A stretch of 64,000 nucleotides of DNA from Verrucomicrobiota bacterium (GTDB lineage: Bacteria > Verrucomicrobiota > Verrucomicrobiia > Opitutales > Opitutaceae): the NCBI GenBank assembly GCA_023386835.1, contig JAEWIY010000018.1, positions 14,130-78,129 on the forward strand. The letters run 5' to 3'. Position 1 is the stretch's first letter. Each line of letters starts with the position of its first letter. Both the position numbers and the translations under genes were made by a program. A model generated the notes under the pieces. The model did no database searches and had not been told where the DNA came from. It saw only the letters and a list, made by a program, of their open reading frames with translations. This document shows, piece after piece, positions 1 to 10,585 of the stretch.

Positions 1-660
1 GAAAGCTTCGAGCCGCGGCCGGACGGATCGGTTCGAGTCGGCGCCGGGTTGAGATTGAAGAATCTGTGCGGGCTGGCGACGCGTCATGGCCTGGCGGGGT
101 TCGAATTTCTCGAAGGCATTCCCGGCAATGTGGGCGGAGCGCTGCGCATGAATGCCGGAGCGATGGGAGGCTGGATGTTCGACGTGGTGGACGAGGTCGA
201 ACTGGTGACGCTTGAAGGTGAACGCCGCGTGCTGCGGAAGGACGAGATGCACGTCGCGTATCGGCACTGTGCCGAGTTGCACGAGGCGATCGCCACGGGT
301 GCGATTCTGCGGCCGCCGGCGCAGCGACCGGCGGAGGACATCAGCCGGCAGATCGATACGTATCGCGACAAGCGCCAGAAGTCGCAGCCGCGCGAGCCGA
401 GTGCGGGATGCATCTTCAAGAATCCGGAAGGCGACTCGGCCGGGAGGCTGATTGACGCGTGCGGATTGAAGGGCGAGCGCATCGGCGACGCCGAGGTTTC
501 GCCGGTCCATGCCAACTTCATTGTCAACCGCGGGCAGGCCACGAGTGCGGATGTGATTGCGCTGATGCGCCGCGTGCGGGCGCGGGTGGAGCAGCAGACC
601 GGGATCCGACTGGAGCCGGAGGTGCTCCTCTACGGGGTAAAGTGGGAGGATGTGCTTTAA
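1..660 (+). CDS. murB: UDP-N-acetylenolpyruvoylglucosamine reductase MurB, C-terminal part (5' end outside the window)
   Basis: The frame is open from nt 1. The translation (GIPGNVGGALRMNAGAMGG, SAGCIFKNP, VSPVHANFIVN) matches the MurB C-terminal half. It sits directly upstream of ddl-ftsQAZ. Confidence 0.9.
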   Translation, partial: ESFEPRPDGSVRVGAGLRLKNLCGLATRHGLAGFEFLEGIPGNVGGALRMNAGAMGGWMFDVVDEVELVTLEGERRVLRKDEMHVAYRHCAELHEAIATGAILRPPAQRPAEDISRQIDTYRDKRQKSQPREPSAGCIFKNPEGDSAGRLIDACGLKGERIGDAEVSPVHANFIVNRGQATSADVIALMRRVRARVEQQTGIRLEPEVLLYGVKWEDVL

Positions 661-742
661 CGGTGCGAAAGATGAACACACAGCGGAAGGGGAGCCAGGC
701 CCGTCGCGGCGCGGGAACCCGTGCGGGGAGGATCACCGGAAG

Positions 743-1681
743 ATGAATACGCCCAACGTGGTGGTTCTGGCTGGTGGCACGTCATCAGAGCGCGAGATCT
801 CGCTCGGATCCGGACGGGCGTGTGCGGCGGCGCTGGCGCGGAGTTTCCCGACGCGGTTTGTTGTGGTCGACGCGGACGCGCTGCCGGACGGGATCGATCC
901 AGCGAGCGACGTCGTCTTCATGACCTTCCACGGCGGTTTCGGCGAAGGCGGCGGCATGCAGAGGCTGCTGGAGTCGGCGCAGATCTGCTACGGCGGTTGT
1001 GATGCGGCCGCGAGTGAGCTCTGTCTCGACAAGGAGCGGACGAAACGCGTGGTGGCGGCGCGCGGCGTCCGGGTGGCGCCCGGCCTGGAGTTTTCGGCCG
1101 AGCGGAAGCCGACGCTGGATGATCTCGTCGGGCGCCTCGGGCCGGAGATTGTCTTCAAACCGAACACCGACGGCAGCAGCGTGGGCCTGGCGATCTGCGA
1201 AGGCGGGGACGCGATTCGCGACAAGCTGGCGTCGATCACGCAGGGCACGTGGCTGGCCGAGCAGCGAATCCGCGGCCGCGAGTTGACGGTCGGCCTGTTG
1301 AACGGCCGGGCAATGGGCGTGGTGGAGATCGTGCCGAACTCCGGCGTCTTCGACTTCACGGCCAAGTACACGAAGGGCCAGACGACCTATCTCGCGCCGG
1401 CGCCGATCACGCCGGAAGTCGACGCGCAGGTCCGCCGGGCGGCCGAGACGGCGTTCGCCGCGTGCGGCTGCCGGGACTACGCGCGTATCGATTTCATGAT
1501 TACGGCGCAAAACGAGTTGTTTTTGCTGGAAATCAACACGCTGCCCGGCATGAAAGAGACCAGTCTGCTGCCGATGAGTGCGCGATGCGCGGGGTTGGAT
1601 TTCACGGCGCTGGTCCGGGAACTGGTTTCACCCGCCTTGCAACGTTTCGCAGCCACCCAGTCTTTCCACGTATCCTCATGA
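743..1681 (+). CDS. ddl: D-alanine--D-alanine ligase
   Basis: ATG at 743 gives MNTPNVVVLAGGTSSEREISL. ATP-grasp region includes LFLLEINTLPGM. The ORF-track start at 650 looks like an upstream extension. Confidence 0.9.
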   Translation: MNTPNVVVLAGGTSSEREISLGSGRACAAALARSFPTRFVVVDADALPDGIDPASDVVFMTFHGGFGEGGGMQRLLESAQICYGGCDAAASELCLDKERTKRVVAARGVRVAPGLEFSAERKPTLDDLVGRLGPEIVFKPNTDGSSVGLAICEGGDAIRDKLASITQGTWLAEQRIRGRELTVGLLNGRAMGVVEIVPNSGVFDFTAKYTKGQTTYLAPAPITPEVDAQVRRAAETAFAACGCRDYARIDFMITAQNELFLLEINTLPGMKETSLLPMSARCAGLDFTALVRELVSPALQRFAATQSFHVSS

Positions 1682-2646
1682 ACCGAGCTGCCACAGTCAC
1701 CACGTCCGCGCGCAGCTGGCGCGACATCCCGCAGGAAATCGCACCCCGGGCCATGTCGCGCGAGGGCCGCAAGCGCGGGACCGTCCGCACCGTCAAGACG
1801 GTCTCGGCGATCATCGTCCTGGCCGCGATGGCGGCGGGATCCTTCGAAATCTGGCGCACCTGGAAGGCGACGCCGGAGATGTTCGCCACGCCGATCGACA
1901 GCCAGCCGGTCCGCGCGGTCTCGGTGCAGACCGACGGCGTGCTGGACCAGGCCTGGGTCGAGCGTGTGCTCGCGCTGCCGGAAGGCGTCGGGCTGATGGA
2001 GCTCGATCTCTACGCGCTGCGCTCCCGGTTGATGGCGAGCGGCCAGGTCGCCTCCGCCGTGCTGACGCGTGAGTTTCCGGATACACTGCGCGTCGTGCTT
2101 TCCGAGCGGTCACCGCTGGTCCGGCTGCGCGCGCAGGTCGGTCAGGAGCCGGCCCGCGATTTCCTCGTCGCTCGCGACGGCACGGTTTTCATCGGCGAAG
2201 GTTATCCGCCGGGGCTCTCCTCCGCGCTGCCATGGATCAAGGGCGTGCGGCTCGTGCGTGAGGGCAGCGGGTTTCAGCCGCTGCCTGGGATGGATCGCGT
2301 CGGCGACCTGCTGACCACCGCGCTCGCGAACGCAGCGCACCTGTACGGCACGTGGGACGTCATTTCGTTGGAGCGCATCAACACGGACGGCGAGATCGTC
2401 GTCACGGCGCGCAACGTCGGTGAGATCGTCTTCGGCCTGCGCGAGGACTTTTATTCCCAGATCGCGCGGCTGGATCTGATCCTCGATCACCCGCAGATCG
2501 CCTCCCAGCAACCGGTGCGTTCGATCAACCTCGCGGTTGGGCCCTCGCAGGTTCCGGTCGCGCTCGGCACCGCCACGCCGGCGGCCGGGCTGCCTTCCAT
2601 CGCTTTCCCGCAATCCACCCGTCCGTCGCGCAAACGTGAGCTCTAA
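1678..2646 (+). CDS. ftsQ: Cell division protein FtsQ (TM anchor plus POTRA-like region)
   Basis: ATG at 1678 overlaps the ddl stop (ATGA). A single TM helix (VSAIIVLAAMAAGSF) is present. The gene lies between ddl and ftsA. The 143 codons upstream in the track ORF overlap ddl and are rejected. Confidence 0.8.
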   Translation: MNRAATVTTSARSWRDIPQEIAPRAMSREGRKRGTVRTVKTVSAIIVLAAMAAGSFEIWRTWKATPEMFATPIDSQPVRAVSVQTDGVLDQAWVERVLALPEGVGLMELDLYALRSRLMASGQVASAVLTREFPDTLRVVLSERSPLVRLRAQVGQEPARDFLVARDGTVFIGEGYPPGLSSALPWIKGVRLVREGSGFQPLPGMDRVGDLLTTALANAAHLYGTWDVISLERINTDGEIVVTARNVGEIVFGLREDFYSQIARLDLILDHPQIASQQPVRSINLAVGPSQVPVALGTATPAAGLPSIAFPQSTRPSRKREL

Positions 2647-3850
2647 GTCCCGCATAATCGGCGCCGTCGAAATCGGCACCTCCAAGGTGGCCGTGTTGAT
2701 CGGCGAGATGTCGCAAGGTCGCAGTGTGCACCTGATCGGCTTTGGTGAATGCCAGTCGCATGGCGTCATCAAGGGCGCGGTGTCCGACTTCAAGGCGGCC
2801 AGCGACGCGACGCACAGTGCGTTGCTGGCGGCGGAGCAGAGCGCGGGCGTGAAGGTGGACGAGGTTTATCTCGCGCAGACCGGCGGGCACCTCGAGGGCT
2901 TCTATAATCAAGCGTCCGTCAGCGTGAGTGCGGCGGATAACATGGTCAGCCAGCTCGACATTGACACGGTGTGCCGGCTGGCGAAGGCCAAGGCGCTGCC
3001 GGCCGGCCGGATGGTGGTGCACCACATCCGCCGTCCGTTTCAACTCGACGGGCGACTGGTGGGCACCAATCCCGAGCACCTTGTTGGTCAGCGGCTGGAG
3101 GTCGGCTACTGGACGGTGCACGGTCAGGAAAACAAGATTGCGGACAACATTCATGTCATCCGCGGCTTCAACGTGCGGGTGGGGGAGCTGATCCTTTCGA
3201 GCCTCGCGTCCGGCACGATGCTGACATCGCCGCAGGACCGGCAGAATGGGGTGCTCGTGATCGATATCGGCGCGGGCACGACCGACTTTGTGCTTTATCG
3301 CGACGGCGCGCCGCACGTCACCGGTGTGTTGCCGGTTGGCGGCTCCCATCTGACGAACGACCTCGCGCTGGGGTTGCGGGTCACCGAGGGCCAGGCGGAG
3401 AAGCTCAAGCTGCGGCACGGCCGGGGCATGGTCGCGACGCGCGACAAGGGTGAAAAGGTCTGGCTCAACGGCGACTTTGCGATTGGCGACCGGCAGTTCC
3501 CGAAGCAGGCGATCGAAACGATTACGGCGGCTCGCACCTGGGAGTTGTTTGAGGTCGTGAAGAAGAAACTCGGCGTGGCGTTTGATCCGGAGCGTTGTGC
3601 GGCCGGCGTGGTGCTGAGTGGTGGCACCGCGAAGCTGCCCGGGATCACGGATGCCGCGGCCAAGGTTTTTGGAGTGCAGACGATGCTCGGTGAGATGCCG
3701 GGCTGGGTGGACGAGAAGTTGCGCGAACTGCGCCACAGCACGGTGCTGGGTCTGCTCCACTACGGACTGCAGTCGCGCGCTGAACACGTGCCCGCCCGGC
3801 GAGCCAGCTCCGGCGGCCTCCTGAAGAAACTCTTCGCCGTCGGATCCTGA
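2636..3850 (+). CDS. ftsA: Cell division protein FtsA (actin-like ATPase)
   Basis: GTG at 2636 gives SKSRIIGAVEIGTSKVAVLIGE. VIDIGAGTTD phosphate-binding motif. It overlaps the ftsQ end by 11 nt. Confidence 0.9.
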   Translation: MSSKSRIIGAVEIGTSKVAVLIGEMSQGRSVHLIGFGECQSHGVIKGAVSDFKAASDATHSALLAAEQSAGVKVDEVYLAQTGGHLEGFYNQASVSVSAADNMVSQLDIDTVCRLAKAKALPAGRMVVHHIRRPFQLDGRLVGTNPEHLVGQRLEVGYWTVHGQENKIADNIHVIRGFNVRVGELILSSLASGTMLTSPQDRQNGVLVIDIGAGTTDFVLYRDGAPHVTGVLPVGGSHLTNDLALGLRVTEGQAEKLKLRHGRGMVATRDKGEKVWLNGDFAIGDRQFPKQAIETITAARTWELFEVVKKKLGVAFDPERCAAGVVLSGGTAKLPGITDAAAKVFGVQTMLGEMPGWVDEKLRELRHSTVLGLLHYGLQSRAEHVPARRASSGGLLKKLFAVGS

Positions 3851-3858
3851 GCCCGCGC

Positions 3859-5169
3859 ATGCAAGCCCAAATGAATTCCAACGAACTGCCCCTCGCGCCC
3901 GACGCGCTCGCGGATCGCAGCATCGCGATCAAGGTGATCGGCCTCGGCGGCGCTGGCAGCAACTCGGTCGACCGACTCAAGATGGACAATCTCGATCGCC
4001 TGCAACTGGCGGCGATCAACACGGATCTGCAGGCGCTTTCGACTTCGCCGGTGCAGGAGAAGGTCCTGATCGGCGCGGGTGTCACGCGCGGCTTGGGCGC
4101 GGGTGGCGATCCGGACCTCGGACGTGAAGCGGCCGAGTCGGACCGCGAGAAGATCGCCGAAGTCGTCAAAGGCTGTGACCTCGTGTTCCTGGTTGCCGGC
4201 ATGGGCGGCGGGACCGGGAGTGGCGCGGCTCCGATCGTGGCGGAGATCGCGAGCGACGCCGGGGCGTTGGTAATCGCATTCGTGACGTTGCCGTTCAGTT
4301 TTGAAGGCGGGCGGCGCGCGAAGCAGGCGGAGGACGGGTTGCTGGAACTGCGCCGGTGTTGCGACGCGGTGATTCCGTTGCCAAACGACGTTCTCCTGCA
4401 GGAGGCGGAGGAGGGCGAAACCGCGTTGGATTCCTTTGCTCGCGCCGACGAATGGATCGGCCGCGGAGTGCGTTCGATCTGGTCGATGATGTTCCGCACC
4501 GGCCTGATCAACCTGGACTTTGCCACGCTTCGACAGGCGTTCCACACGCGCGGCGGCAAGACGCTCTTTGGGCTCGGCAGCGGCGGCGGGGAGAACCCGG
4601 TCGCGGCCGCGATTGAGAGCCTCAAGTTGTGCCCGCTGCTCGCGATGCCCGAGTTTTCCCGCAAGGCTGACCGGTTGCTGGTGAACATCGTTGGCGGGAC
4701 CGATCTGACCCTGCCACGCGTCAACGACATCATGACGGCGGTGACGGAGCAGTTTGGCCGCGACTCCCACGTCATCATGGGGGCGGTGATCGACGAGGAG
4801 ATGCAGGGTCGCGTCGAAGTTTCCGTACTCGGGACCACGGACATCGGTGGTCGGGTCACACCGCGTCGCTCGGGGCCGGTCCGCAGCCGGGCACCAGCGC
4901 CGGTGCCGATCGATCTCAAGCAGCCCGGCGCGCCCGCTCCTGCGCTCCCGCAACCTGTTGGACGGAATGCGGCGGCCGCCGTGCAGGCGCTGCCGGCCAG
5001 CGGCGCCGACGCGGTCCACACCAGCACCAAGGCGGCGCAAGACGAATTTCTCTTTGGCGCCTTGGTGGAGAACCGCGGGCATTTTGAGCGGACGGATCGC
5101 AACCTGTTTGATGGTCAGGACCTCGACGTGCCGACTTACCTCCGCAAGGGAATCAAGATCGCGCTCTGA
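3859..5169 (+). CDS. ftsZ: Cell division GTPase FtsZ
   Basis: GLGGAGSNSV and the GMGGGTGSGAAP tubulin signature. A Pro/Ala-rich linker precedes the conserved C-terminal peptide DVPTYLRKGIKI. Confidence 0.95.
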   Translation: MQAQMNSNELPLAPDALADRSIAIKVIGLGGAGSNSVDRLKMDNLDRLQLAAINTDLQALSTSPVQEKVLIGAGVTRGLGAGGDPDLGREAAESDREKIAEVVKGCDLVFLVAGMGGGTGSGAAPIVAEIASDAGALVIAFVTLPFSFEGGRRAKQAEDGLLELRRCCDAVIPLPNDVLLQEAEEGETALDSFARADEWIGRGVRSIWSMMFRTGLINLDFATLRQAFHTRGGKTLFGLGSGGGENPVAAAIESLKLCPLLAMPEFSRKADRLLVNIVGGTDLTLPRVNDIMTAVTEQFGRDSHVIMGAVIDEEMQGRVEVSVLGTTDIGGRVTPRRSGPVRSRAPAPVPIDLKQPGAPAPALPQPVGRNAAAAVQALPASGADAVHTSTKAAQDEFLFGALVENRGHFERTDRNLFDGQDLDVPTYLRKGIKIAL

Positions 5170-5267
5170 GGTGACGAGCGTCGGGCGCCGCTTTGGGTCG
5201 CCCGACGAGCGGTCCGGAGTTGCCGCGGCGGATCGGGCGGCGGCGTAAGTTATTGAGGCTGTGGGTG

Positions 5268-5292
5268 AAAAACGGCTTGAGTGAGGCCGTTT
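5268..5292 (+). terminator. Weak hairpin downstream of ftsZ (aaaaacggc-loop-gccgttt)
   Basis: A 7-9 bp stem at 5268-5276 / 5286-5292 is followed by cccctttacc, with no clean U-run. Confidence 0.3.
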
Positions 5293-5360
5293 CCCCTTTA
5301 CCGAGCGTTGACGATTCCGCTCCTTGGCAAGCCGCCGCGATTCTGCACGCTTTCCGGGCT

Positions 5361-6389
5361 ATGTTCATCGATGAGTGCGTCATCAAAGCAGCGGCCGGCG
5401 ACGGTGGGCGCGGCTGCATCAGCTTCCGGCGCGAAAAATATGAGCCGTGGGGCGGGCCGAATGGCGGCGACGGCGGCAAGGGCGGCGACGTCATCCTGTT
5501 GGGCGACGACGACACCAACAATCTCGTCGATTATCACTACAAGCCGCACTGGAAGGGTGAGCGCGGCGAGCATGGGCAGGGCAAGGACTGCCACGGTCGT
5601 GAGGGCAAACCCGCCATCCTGAAGGTGCCCCTGGGCACGGTCGTGACGAACGAGGAGACGGGCGAAGTCGTCGCCGAGATCGTCGACGACGGCCAGGAAG
5701 TGATCTTGTGCAAGGGCGGCAACGGCGGCTGGGGCAACACGCATTTCAAGACGTCGACCAACCGTGCGCCCAAACGCGCCAATCCCGGGCATCCGGGCGA
5801 GCAGGGCGTATTTCGCCTCGTGCTCAAGAGCATCGCCGATGTGGGGCTGGTCGGATTTCCGAATGCCGGCAAATCCTCGCTCACCAACCGGCTGACGCGC
5901 GCCCGCCCCAAGACGGCGGCGTACCCGTTCACGACGCTTCATCCGCAGATTGGCGTGATCGAGTATCCGGAGCGCTATGACCGGATGTTGCTGGCCGACG
6001 TCCCCGGGTTGATCGAAGGCGCGAGCGAGAACCGTGGCCTCGGCCACCGGTTTCTGCGGCACATCGAGCGCTGCGCCCTGCTCATGTTCCTGATCGACAT
6101 GGCGGCCGTGGATGAACGCGACCCGCGGGAGGATTACACCACGCTGTTGCGCGAACTTGAATTGTACGACCCGGCCCTGTTGAAAAAGCCGCGTTTGGTG
6201 GTCGCGAACAAAATGGATCTTGAGTCGGCCAAGGGCCACTTGGCCAAGTTCAAGCGCCGTCACAAAGTCGACATCCTGCCGATCTCCTGTGCCACCGGAG
6301 ATGGGGTGGATGACTTGAAGGAGGCGCTCTGGAAGCGGGTCCGGAAACCCCGTGGCACCAGCCCCCGGCTCAAGCGGACCGCCGTCTGA
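5361..6389 (+). CDS. obg: GTPase Obg/CgtA
   Basis: ATG at 5361 gives MFIDECVIKAAAGDGGRGCISFRREKYEPWGGPNGGDGGKGGDV (Obg fold). G-domain motifs GFPNAGKSSL and DVPGLIEGA. Confidence 0.9.
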   Translation: MFIDECVIKAAAGDGGRGCISFRREKYEPWGGPNGGDGGKGGDVILLGDDDTNNLVDYHYKPHWKGERGEHGQGKDCHGREGKPAILKVPLGTVVTNEETGEVVAEIVDDGQEVILCKGGNGGWGNTHFKTSTNRAPKRANPGHPGEQGVFRLVLKSIADVGLVGFPNAGKSSLTNRLTRARPKTAAYPFTTLHPQIGVIEYPERYDRMLLADVPGLIEGASENRGLGHRFLRHIERCALLMFLIDMAAVDERDPREDYTTLLRELELYDPALLKKPRLVVANKMDLESAKGHLAKFKRRHKVDILPISCATGDGVDDLKEALWKRVRKPRGTSPRLKRTAV

Positions 6390-6405
6390 ACCGAATTACC
6401 CTCCC

Positions 6406-6930
6406 ATGTCCACAGAACACCGGTCGCTCCTGATGCGTGCCAACCGTCTGCTCGGCGCGCAGTTGGTGGAGCAGAACTACGTGAAGATCGAGGACCTTGA
6501 GAAAGCCAATGAGAGGCTGCTCGAGCTGATCAACACCGGCACCCCGCGGCAGACGAGCGTCCTGGGCATCCTCGCCTACGAGCTCAAGGCGGTCCGCGAG
6601 GAGGACATCCTCATGCACCTGTCGGAGCATGAGCGACTCGGGATCGTCGACCTGCGCCACTACGAGGTGAATGACGACGTGAAGAAGACCCTCGATGTTG
6701 GCGCCTGCTGGGCCACCTGGTCGCTGCCGTTCGATCGCGAGGAGGACATCACGAGCATCGCTACCGCGTACTGGCTCAGCCCGGCGGTACGCACGTTCTG
6801 GGAAAAGCACTACGGCGGCGAAATCATCTGGTACGGCACCACCCTCGAGGTGCTGGCCGACTACTTGGAAAAACTGGTCGTGCCGACGCCCGTGGGGTCG
6901 GCTGAAACGTCCGCGGTGACCGCTTCCTGA
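6406..6930 (+). CDS. Stand-alone T2SSE_N / MshEN-like domain protein
   Basis: ATG at 6406. The 174-aa product resembles the N-terminal domain of GspE/PilB/MshE ATPases ([21 protein letters not shown], then LGIVDL...LPFDRE) and has no ATPase core. It ends 2 nt before the PilB-like gene. Confidence 0.6.
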   Translation: MSTEHRSLLMRANRLLGAQLVEQNYVKIEDLEKANERLLELINTGTPRQTSVLGILAYELKAVREEDILMHLSEHERLGIVDLRHYEVNDDVKKTLDVGACWATWSLPFDREEDITSIATAYWLSPAVRTFWEKHYGGEIIWYGTTLEVLADYLEKLVVPTPVGSAETSAVTAS

Positions 6931-6932
6931 CC

Positions 6933-8636
6933 ATGCCGCTCGGAAAGATCCAGTCCCAGATCGTCGACGCCTTGGTGGAGGCCGGCCGGCTGAGCCCGGA
7001 CCGCCGCGCGGCCATCGCCACCATCCCGGAAGACATCACGGGTGACCGACTCGACAAGCTGCTGCTCGAGGAGAACAACATCTCCCATCTCCAGCTGCTG
7101 CTGGCGAAAGGGAAGGCGTTCAACCTGCCGGTCTTCCACGTCGCCCGCTACCGGACGCACCCGACGACATTCGAGCGCGTTCCACAGGATTTCTGCCGTG
7201 AGCACAACGCGCTGCCCGTCGGGCAGGTCGGCGACCTGTTGCTCGTGGCGATCGCGAATCCGTTCGACATCGCGCTCGCCGGCAAGCTGCAGGAGATGAC
7301 CGGACTGCGGGTCGTGCGGATGCTCGCCCGCGAAAAGGAGATTCAGGAGAAGTTCGCCCGGCCGGACCAGGCGCCCACGGACTTTGCCGATGTGGTCGAG
7401 GCGATCGGCGCCGAGTTCTCCAACGACAAGGAAAACGAAGACGACCTCACGGACGAGGAGAGCGGGCCGATCATCGACCTCGCCAACCGGATCATCGAGG
7501 ACGCGTACTTCAGCGGCACCTCCGACATCCATATTGAGCCTTGGGAAAAGGAGGTCGTCGTCCGCTACCGCATCGACGGTGTATGCCAGGAGAAACTACG
7601 GCTGCCCTCGAAGGTCGGACCCGCTCTCGTCGCGCGCCTGAAGATCATGTGCAACCTGGACATCGCCGAACGGCGGTTGCCGCAGGACGGGCGCATCGTC
7701 TTCAAGCAATACACCCGCAAGGGACTCGACGTCGACTTGCGCGTCTCGACGGCGCCGTTGAACCACGGTGAAGGCGTGGTCATGCGTATCCTCGACAAGC
7801 AGAAGTCCACGCTGCCCATGACGGCGCTCGGCTTCTCGGAGGAGAACCTGAAGCGCTATCGTGACGTCATCCGTCAGCCTTACGGCATGATCCTGCACTG
7901 CGGGCCGACCGGCTCCGGCAAGTCGATGACGCTCTACTCGGCGCTCAACGAGATCAACGCGCCGGACCTGGTCATTCGCACGGCGGAGGACCCGATCGAA
8001 TATACGCTGGCCGGCATCAACCAGATGCAGATGCACCGGCAGATCGGGCTGACGTTTGCCGCCGCGCTGCGCGCCTTTCTCCGCCAGGACCCCGACATCA
8101 TTCTCGTCGGTGAAATTCGTGACAAGGAAACGGCCAACATCGCGGTCGAAGCCGCGCTGACCGGTCATTTGCTGATTTCGACGCTGCACACGAACGATGC
8201 GCCTTCCACCGTCGCCCGTCTCACGGACATGGGGGTGGAGCCGTTCATGATCTCGTCGTCGCTCCTGTGCGTTTGTGCGCAGCGCCTGTTGCGCCGGGTG
8301 TGCAAGCAGTGCCGCCAAGCGTACGAACCGGACGGCCGAGCGCGGGAAATTCTCGAGAAGTCGATCGGCTGGAGCGGCACCATCTACCGCGCCAAACCCA
8401 AGGGGTGCCCGAAGTGCGGCGGTACCGGATACAAGGGCCGTATCGGTATCCACGAGTTGATGATCACCACCGAGGAGCTGATCGAGGCGATCAACAAGGA
8501 GATGGAGACGGCCGAGGTGAAGAAGATCGCCATGCGCAACGGCATGAAGACGCTCCACCAGGACTCGATGTTGAAGGTGAAGGAGGGCGTGACAACGATT
8601 GAGGAGGCGCTCGCCAACGTCCCACCCGACCTCTGA
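6933..8636 (+). CDS. Type II secretion / type IV pilus assembly ATPase (GspE/PilB family)
   Basis: N-terminal T2SSE_N domain. Walker [11 protein letters not shown], Asp box, Walker B ILVGEIRD, His box [10 protein letters not shown]. Tetracysteine cluster CKQC...[17 protein letters not shown]. Confidence 0.9.
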   Translation: MPLGKIQSQIVDALVEAGRLSPDRRAAIATIPEDITGDRLDKLLLEENNISHLQLLLAKGKAFNLPVFHVARYRTHPTTFERVPQDFCREHNALPVGQVGDLLLVAIANPFDIALAGKLQEMTGLRVVRMLAREKEIQEKFARPDQAPTDFADVVEAIGAEFSNDKENEDDLTDEESGPIIDLANRIIEDAYFSGTSDIHIEPWEKEVVVRYRIDGVCQEKLRLPSKVGPALVARLKIMCNLDIAERRLPQDGRIVFKQYTRKGLDVDLRVSTAPLNHGEGVVMRILDKQKSTLPMTALGFSEENLKRYRDVIRQPYGMILHCGPTGSGKSMTLYSALNEINAPDLVIRTAEDPIEYTLAGINQMQMHRQIGLTFAAALRAFLRQDPDIILVGEIRDKETANIAVEAALTGHLLISTLHTNDAPSTVARLTDMGVEPFMISSSLLCVCAQRLLRRVCKQCRQAYEPDGRAREILEKSIGWSGTIYRAKPKGCPKCGGTGYKGRIGIHELMITTEELIEAINKEMETAEVKKIAMRNGMKTLHQDSMLKVKEGVTTIEEALANVPPDL

Positions 8637-8700
8637 GCCGGTTCGCGCGAGGCGGCTGCCTCACCGTCGCGCCGCGTGATCAATTGTATTCACGTGCCGG

Positions 8701-9330
8701 ATGCCTGACCTCGCGTTTGAATTCGGCCAGATCGTGGTGGCGCATGCGCTGGCGGTGGCGAGCCCGGGGCCGGACTTCGCGCTGGTCCTGCGGCAAAGCC
8801 TGAGGCACGGCCGCCGGGCGGCGCTGTTCACGAGCTTCGGTATCGGTGCGGGCATTCTCGTTCACGCCAGCTACTCGATTCTCGGTCTCGGCCTGTTCCT
8901 GCGAACGTCGCCGGCCGCGTTTCAGCTCCTGAAGTACACCGGGGCCGCCTACCTCGCCTGGCTGGGCGTCCAGGCGCTGCGCTCCGCGCACCCGCGCGGA
9001 ACGAGCCTGCCCAAGGCGCCGTCAGCGATGCAGGCCGGCCGCCACGCCTGGCTGCAGGGCTTCATGACCAATGCACTCAACGTCAAAGCGACGCTGTTCT
9101 TTCTGGCCCTCTTCCCGACGGTCGTCAGCGCGACCACGCCGAAGTGGGTCCAGGTTGGGTACGGCCTGTGGATGGCGGCGGCGACGGCGGCTTGGTTCAG
9201 TTTCGTCTCGCTCGTGTTCACCCATGAGGCCGCGCGGCGGACCTTCCTGCGACACAGCCATTGGATCGACCGGCTGTTGGGCGTCGTTTTCCTCGGTTTT
9301 GCCGTCGGACTCGTCTGGGCGAGCGTGTGA
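8701..9330 (+). CDS. LysE/RhtB-family amino-acid exporter
   Basis: Six predicted TM segments. N-terminal ASPGPDFALVLRQSL motif typical of the LysE family. Confidence 0.8.
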   Translation: MPDLAFEFGQIVVAHALAVASPGPDFALVLRQSLRHGRRAALFTSFGIGAGILVHASYSILGLGLFLRTSPAAFQLLKYTGAAYLAWLGVQALRSAHPRGTSLPKAPSAMQAGRHAWLQGFMTNALNVKATLFFLALFPTVVSATTPKWVQVGYGLWMAAATAAWFSFVSLVFTHEAARRTFLRHSHWIDRLLGVVFLGFAVGLVWASV

Positions 9331-9351
9331 TGGCGGGGCGGCCGGCCTCGT

Positions 9352-10449
9352 TCAGAGATAGACGCCGCCACCCAGCAACCGCGGGCCGTCGTAGAATGCG
9401 ATGATCTGGCCGCAGGCGAGCGCTCGCTGCGGCTCGGCAAAACGAACGTGCGCCGTCCCGTCACCGTTTGGCTGATACACCAGGCGGACGCGGGGATCCC
9501 GGTAACGGACGCGGGCCTCGAGCTCTCCCGCCGCCGGTGGCGTGGGCGTGTTCCACTGGAGCTGATGGACCCGGATCTCTCGCGTGAACAAACCCGGGGC
9601 ATCGGGTTCGTCGAACGCCACCAGCAACGCGTGATCGGCGGCGCGTTTGCCGACGACCACGTAGGCCTTGTGGTCCGTGTTGGACGGAACCCCGATGCCC
9701 TTGCGCTGGCCGAGCGTATAGAGGTGCAGTCCACGGTGTAGCCCGAGCACCTTCTCGTCGGAGGCGCGCACGATCGGGCCGGGCCGGTCCGGCACGTAGT
9801 GGCGAAGGAAATCCTGCATCTTCACCTCGCCGATGAAGCAGATGCCCTGGCTGTCCTTCTTCTCCGCGGTCGCAAGACCGGCGGCGCGGGCATGCTCCCG
9901 CAACTCGGGTTTCTCCAAGTGCCCGATCGGGAATCTCGCGTCGGCCAGTTGTGGCTGGCTGAGCAGCGCGAGGAAGTAGGATTGGTCCTTGTTTGTATCC
10001 ACTCCCTCATACAGGCCGTACACCGACGCGCTGTTGACCGATTCGGTGACCAGGCGCCGCTGCGCGTAGTGCCCGGTTGCCACGGCATCGAAGCCGTGGT
10101 CGCGGGCCCATTGGCGAAACAAGCCGAACTTGATTTCGCGGTTGCACATGACGTCCGGGTTCGGCGTCAGTCCGCGCTGGTAACCATCGAGCAGGTAACT
10201 GACCACCCGCTCCCGGTACTCCTGCATCAGGTTGACGACGCGGAATGGGATGCCGAGTTGCTCCGCCACCCGCCGCGCATCATCGATGTCGCTCTCCCAG
10301 GGACAATGGCCGATCACCTTGTCCTCATTAATCCAATTTTTCATGTAAGCGCCCTCGATGTCGGCGCCGGCATCGCGCAACAGCAGGGCCGCGACGGAGC
10401 TGTCGACTCCGCCTGACATGGCAACGAGGATGCGCTCACGGGAGGCCAT
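9352..10449 (-). CDS. mnmA: tRNA 2-thiouridine(34) synthase MnmA
   Basis: PP-loop [13 protein letters not shown]. Conserved CNREIKF and DSQGICFIG. The start is either ATG 10449 or 10485. Confidence 0.9.
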   Translation of the reverse strand: MASRERILVAMSGGVDSSVAALLLRDAGADIEGAYMKNWINEDKVIGHCPWESDIDDARRVAEQLGIPFRVVNLMQEYRERVVSYLLDGYQRGLTPNPDVMCNREIKFGLFRQWARDHGFDAVATGHYAQRRLVTESVNSASVYGLYEGVDTNKDQSYFLALLSQPQLADARFPIGHLEKPELREHARAAGLATAEKKDSQGICFIGEVKMQDFLRHYVPDRPGPIVRASDEKVLGLHRGLHLYTLGQRKGIGVPSNTDHKAYVVVGKRAADHALLVAFDEPDAPGLFTREIRVHQLQWNTPTPPAAGELEARVRYRDPRVRLVYQPNGDGTAHVRFAEPQRALACGQIIAFYDGPRLLGGGVYL

Positions 10450-10585
10450 CGCATTTAGCGGTGGCGGTCGCGGCGGCGTTGTCAACGTGCGGTAGCGGTG
10501 TGGTCACGACGGCGGGGTGGAGGAATTGGACTTGTGCGCCGGACTTGAGAACCGATTCTGAAGCACCGATCGCCGTCGCAAACAC

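Noticed and set aside
1249-1677. 143-codon upstream extension of the ftsQ ORF
   Set aside because: It lies inside ddl in another frame and is Arg/Gly/Pro-rich. An ATG at 1678 overlapping the ddl stop gives a normal FtsQ.
2525-5102. Three long minus-strand ORFs (2525-3787, 3645-5102, 3760-5082) opposite ftsA and ftsZ
   Set aside because: They are shadow ORFs antisense to highly conserved division genes, with no motifs and biased Arg/Ala/Pro composition.
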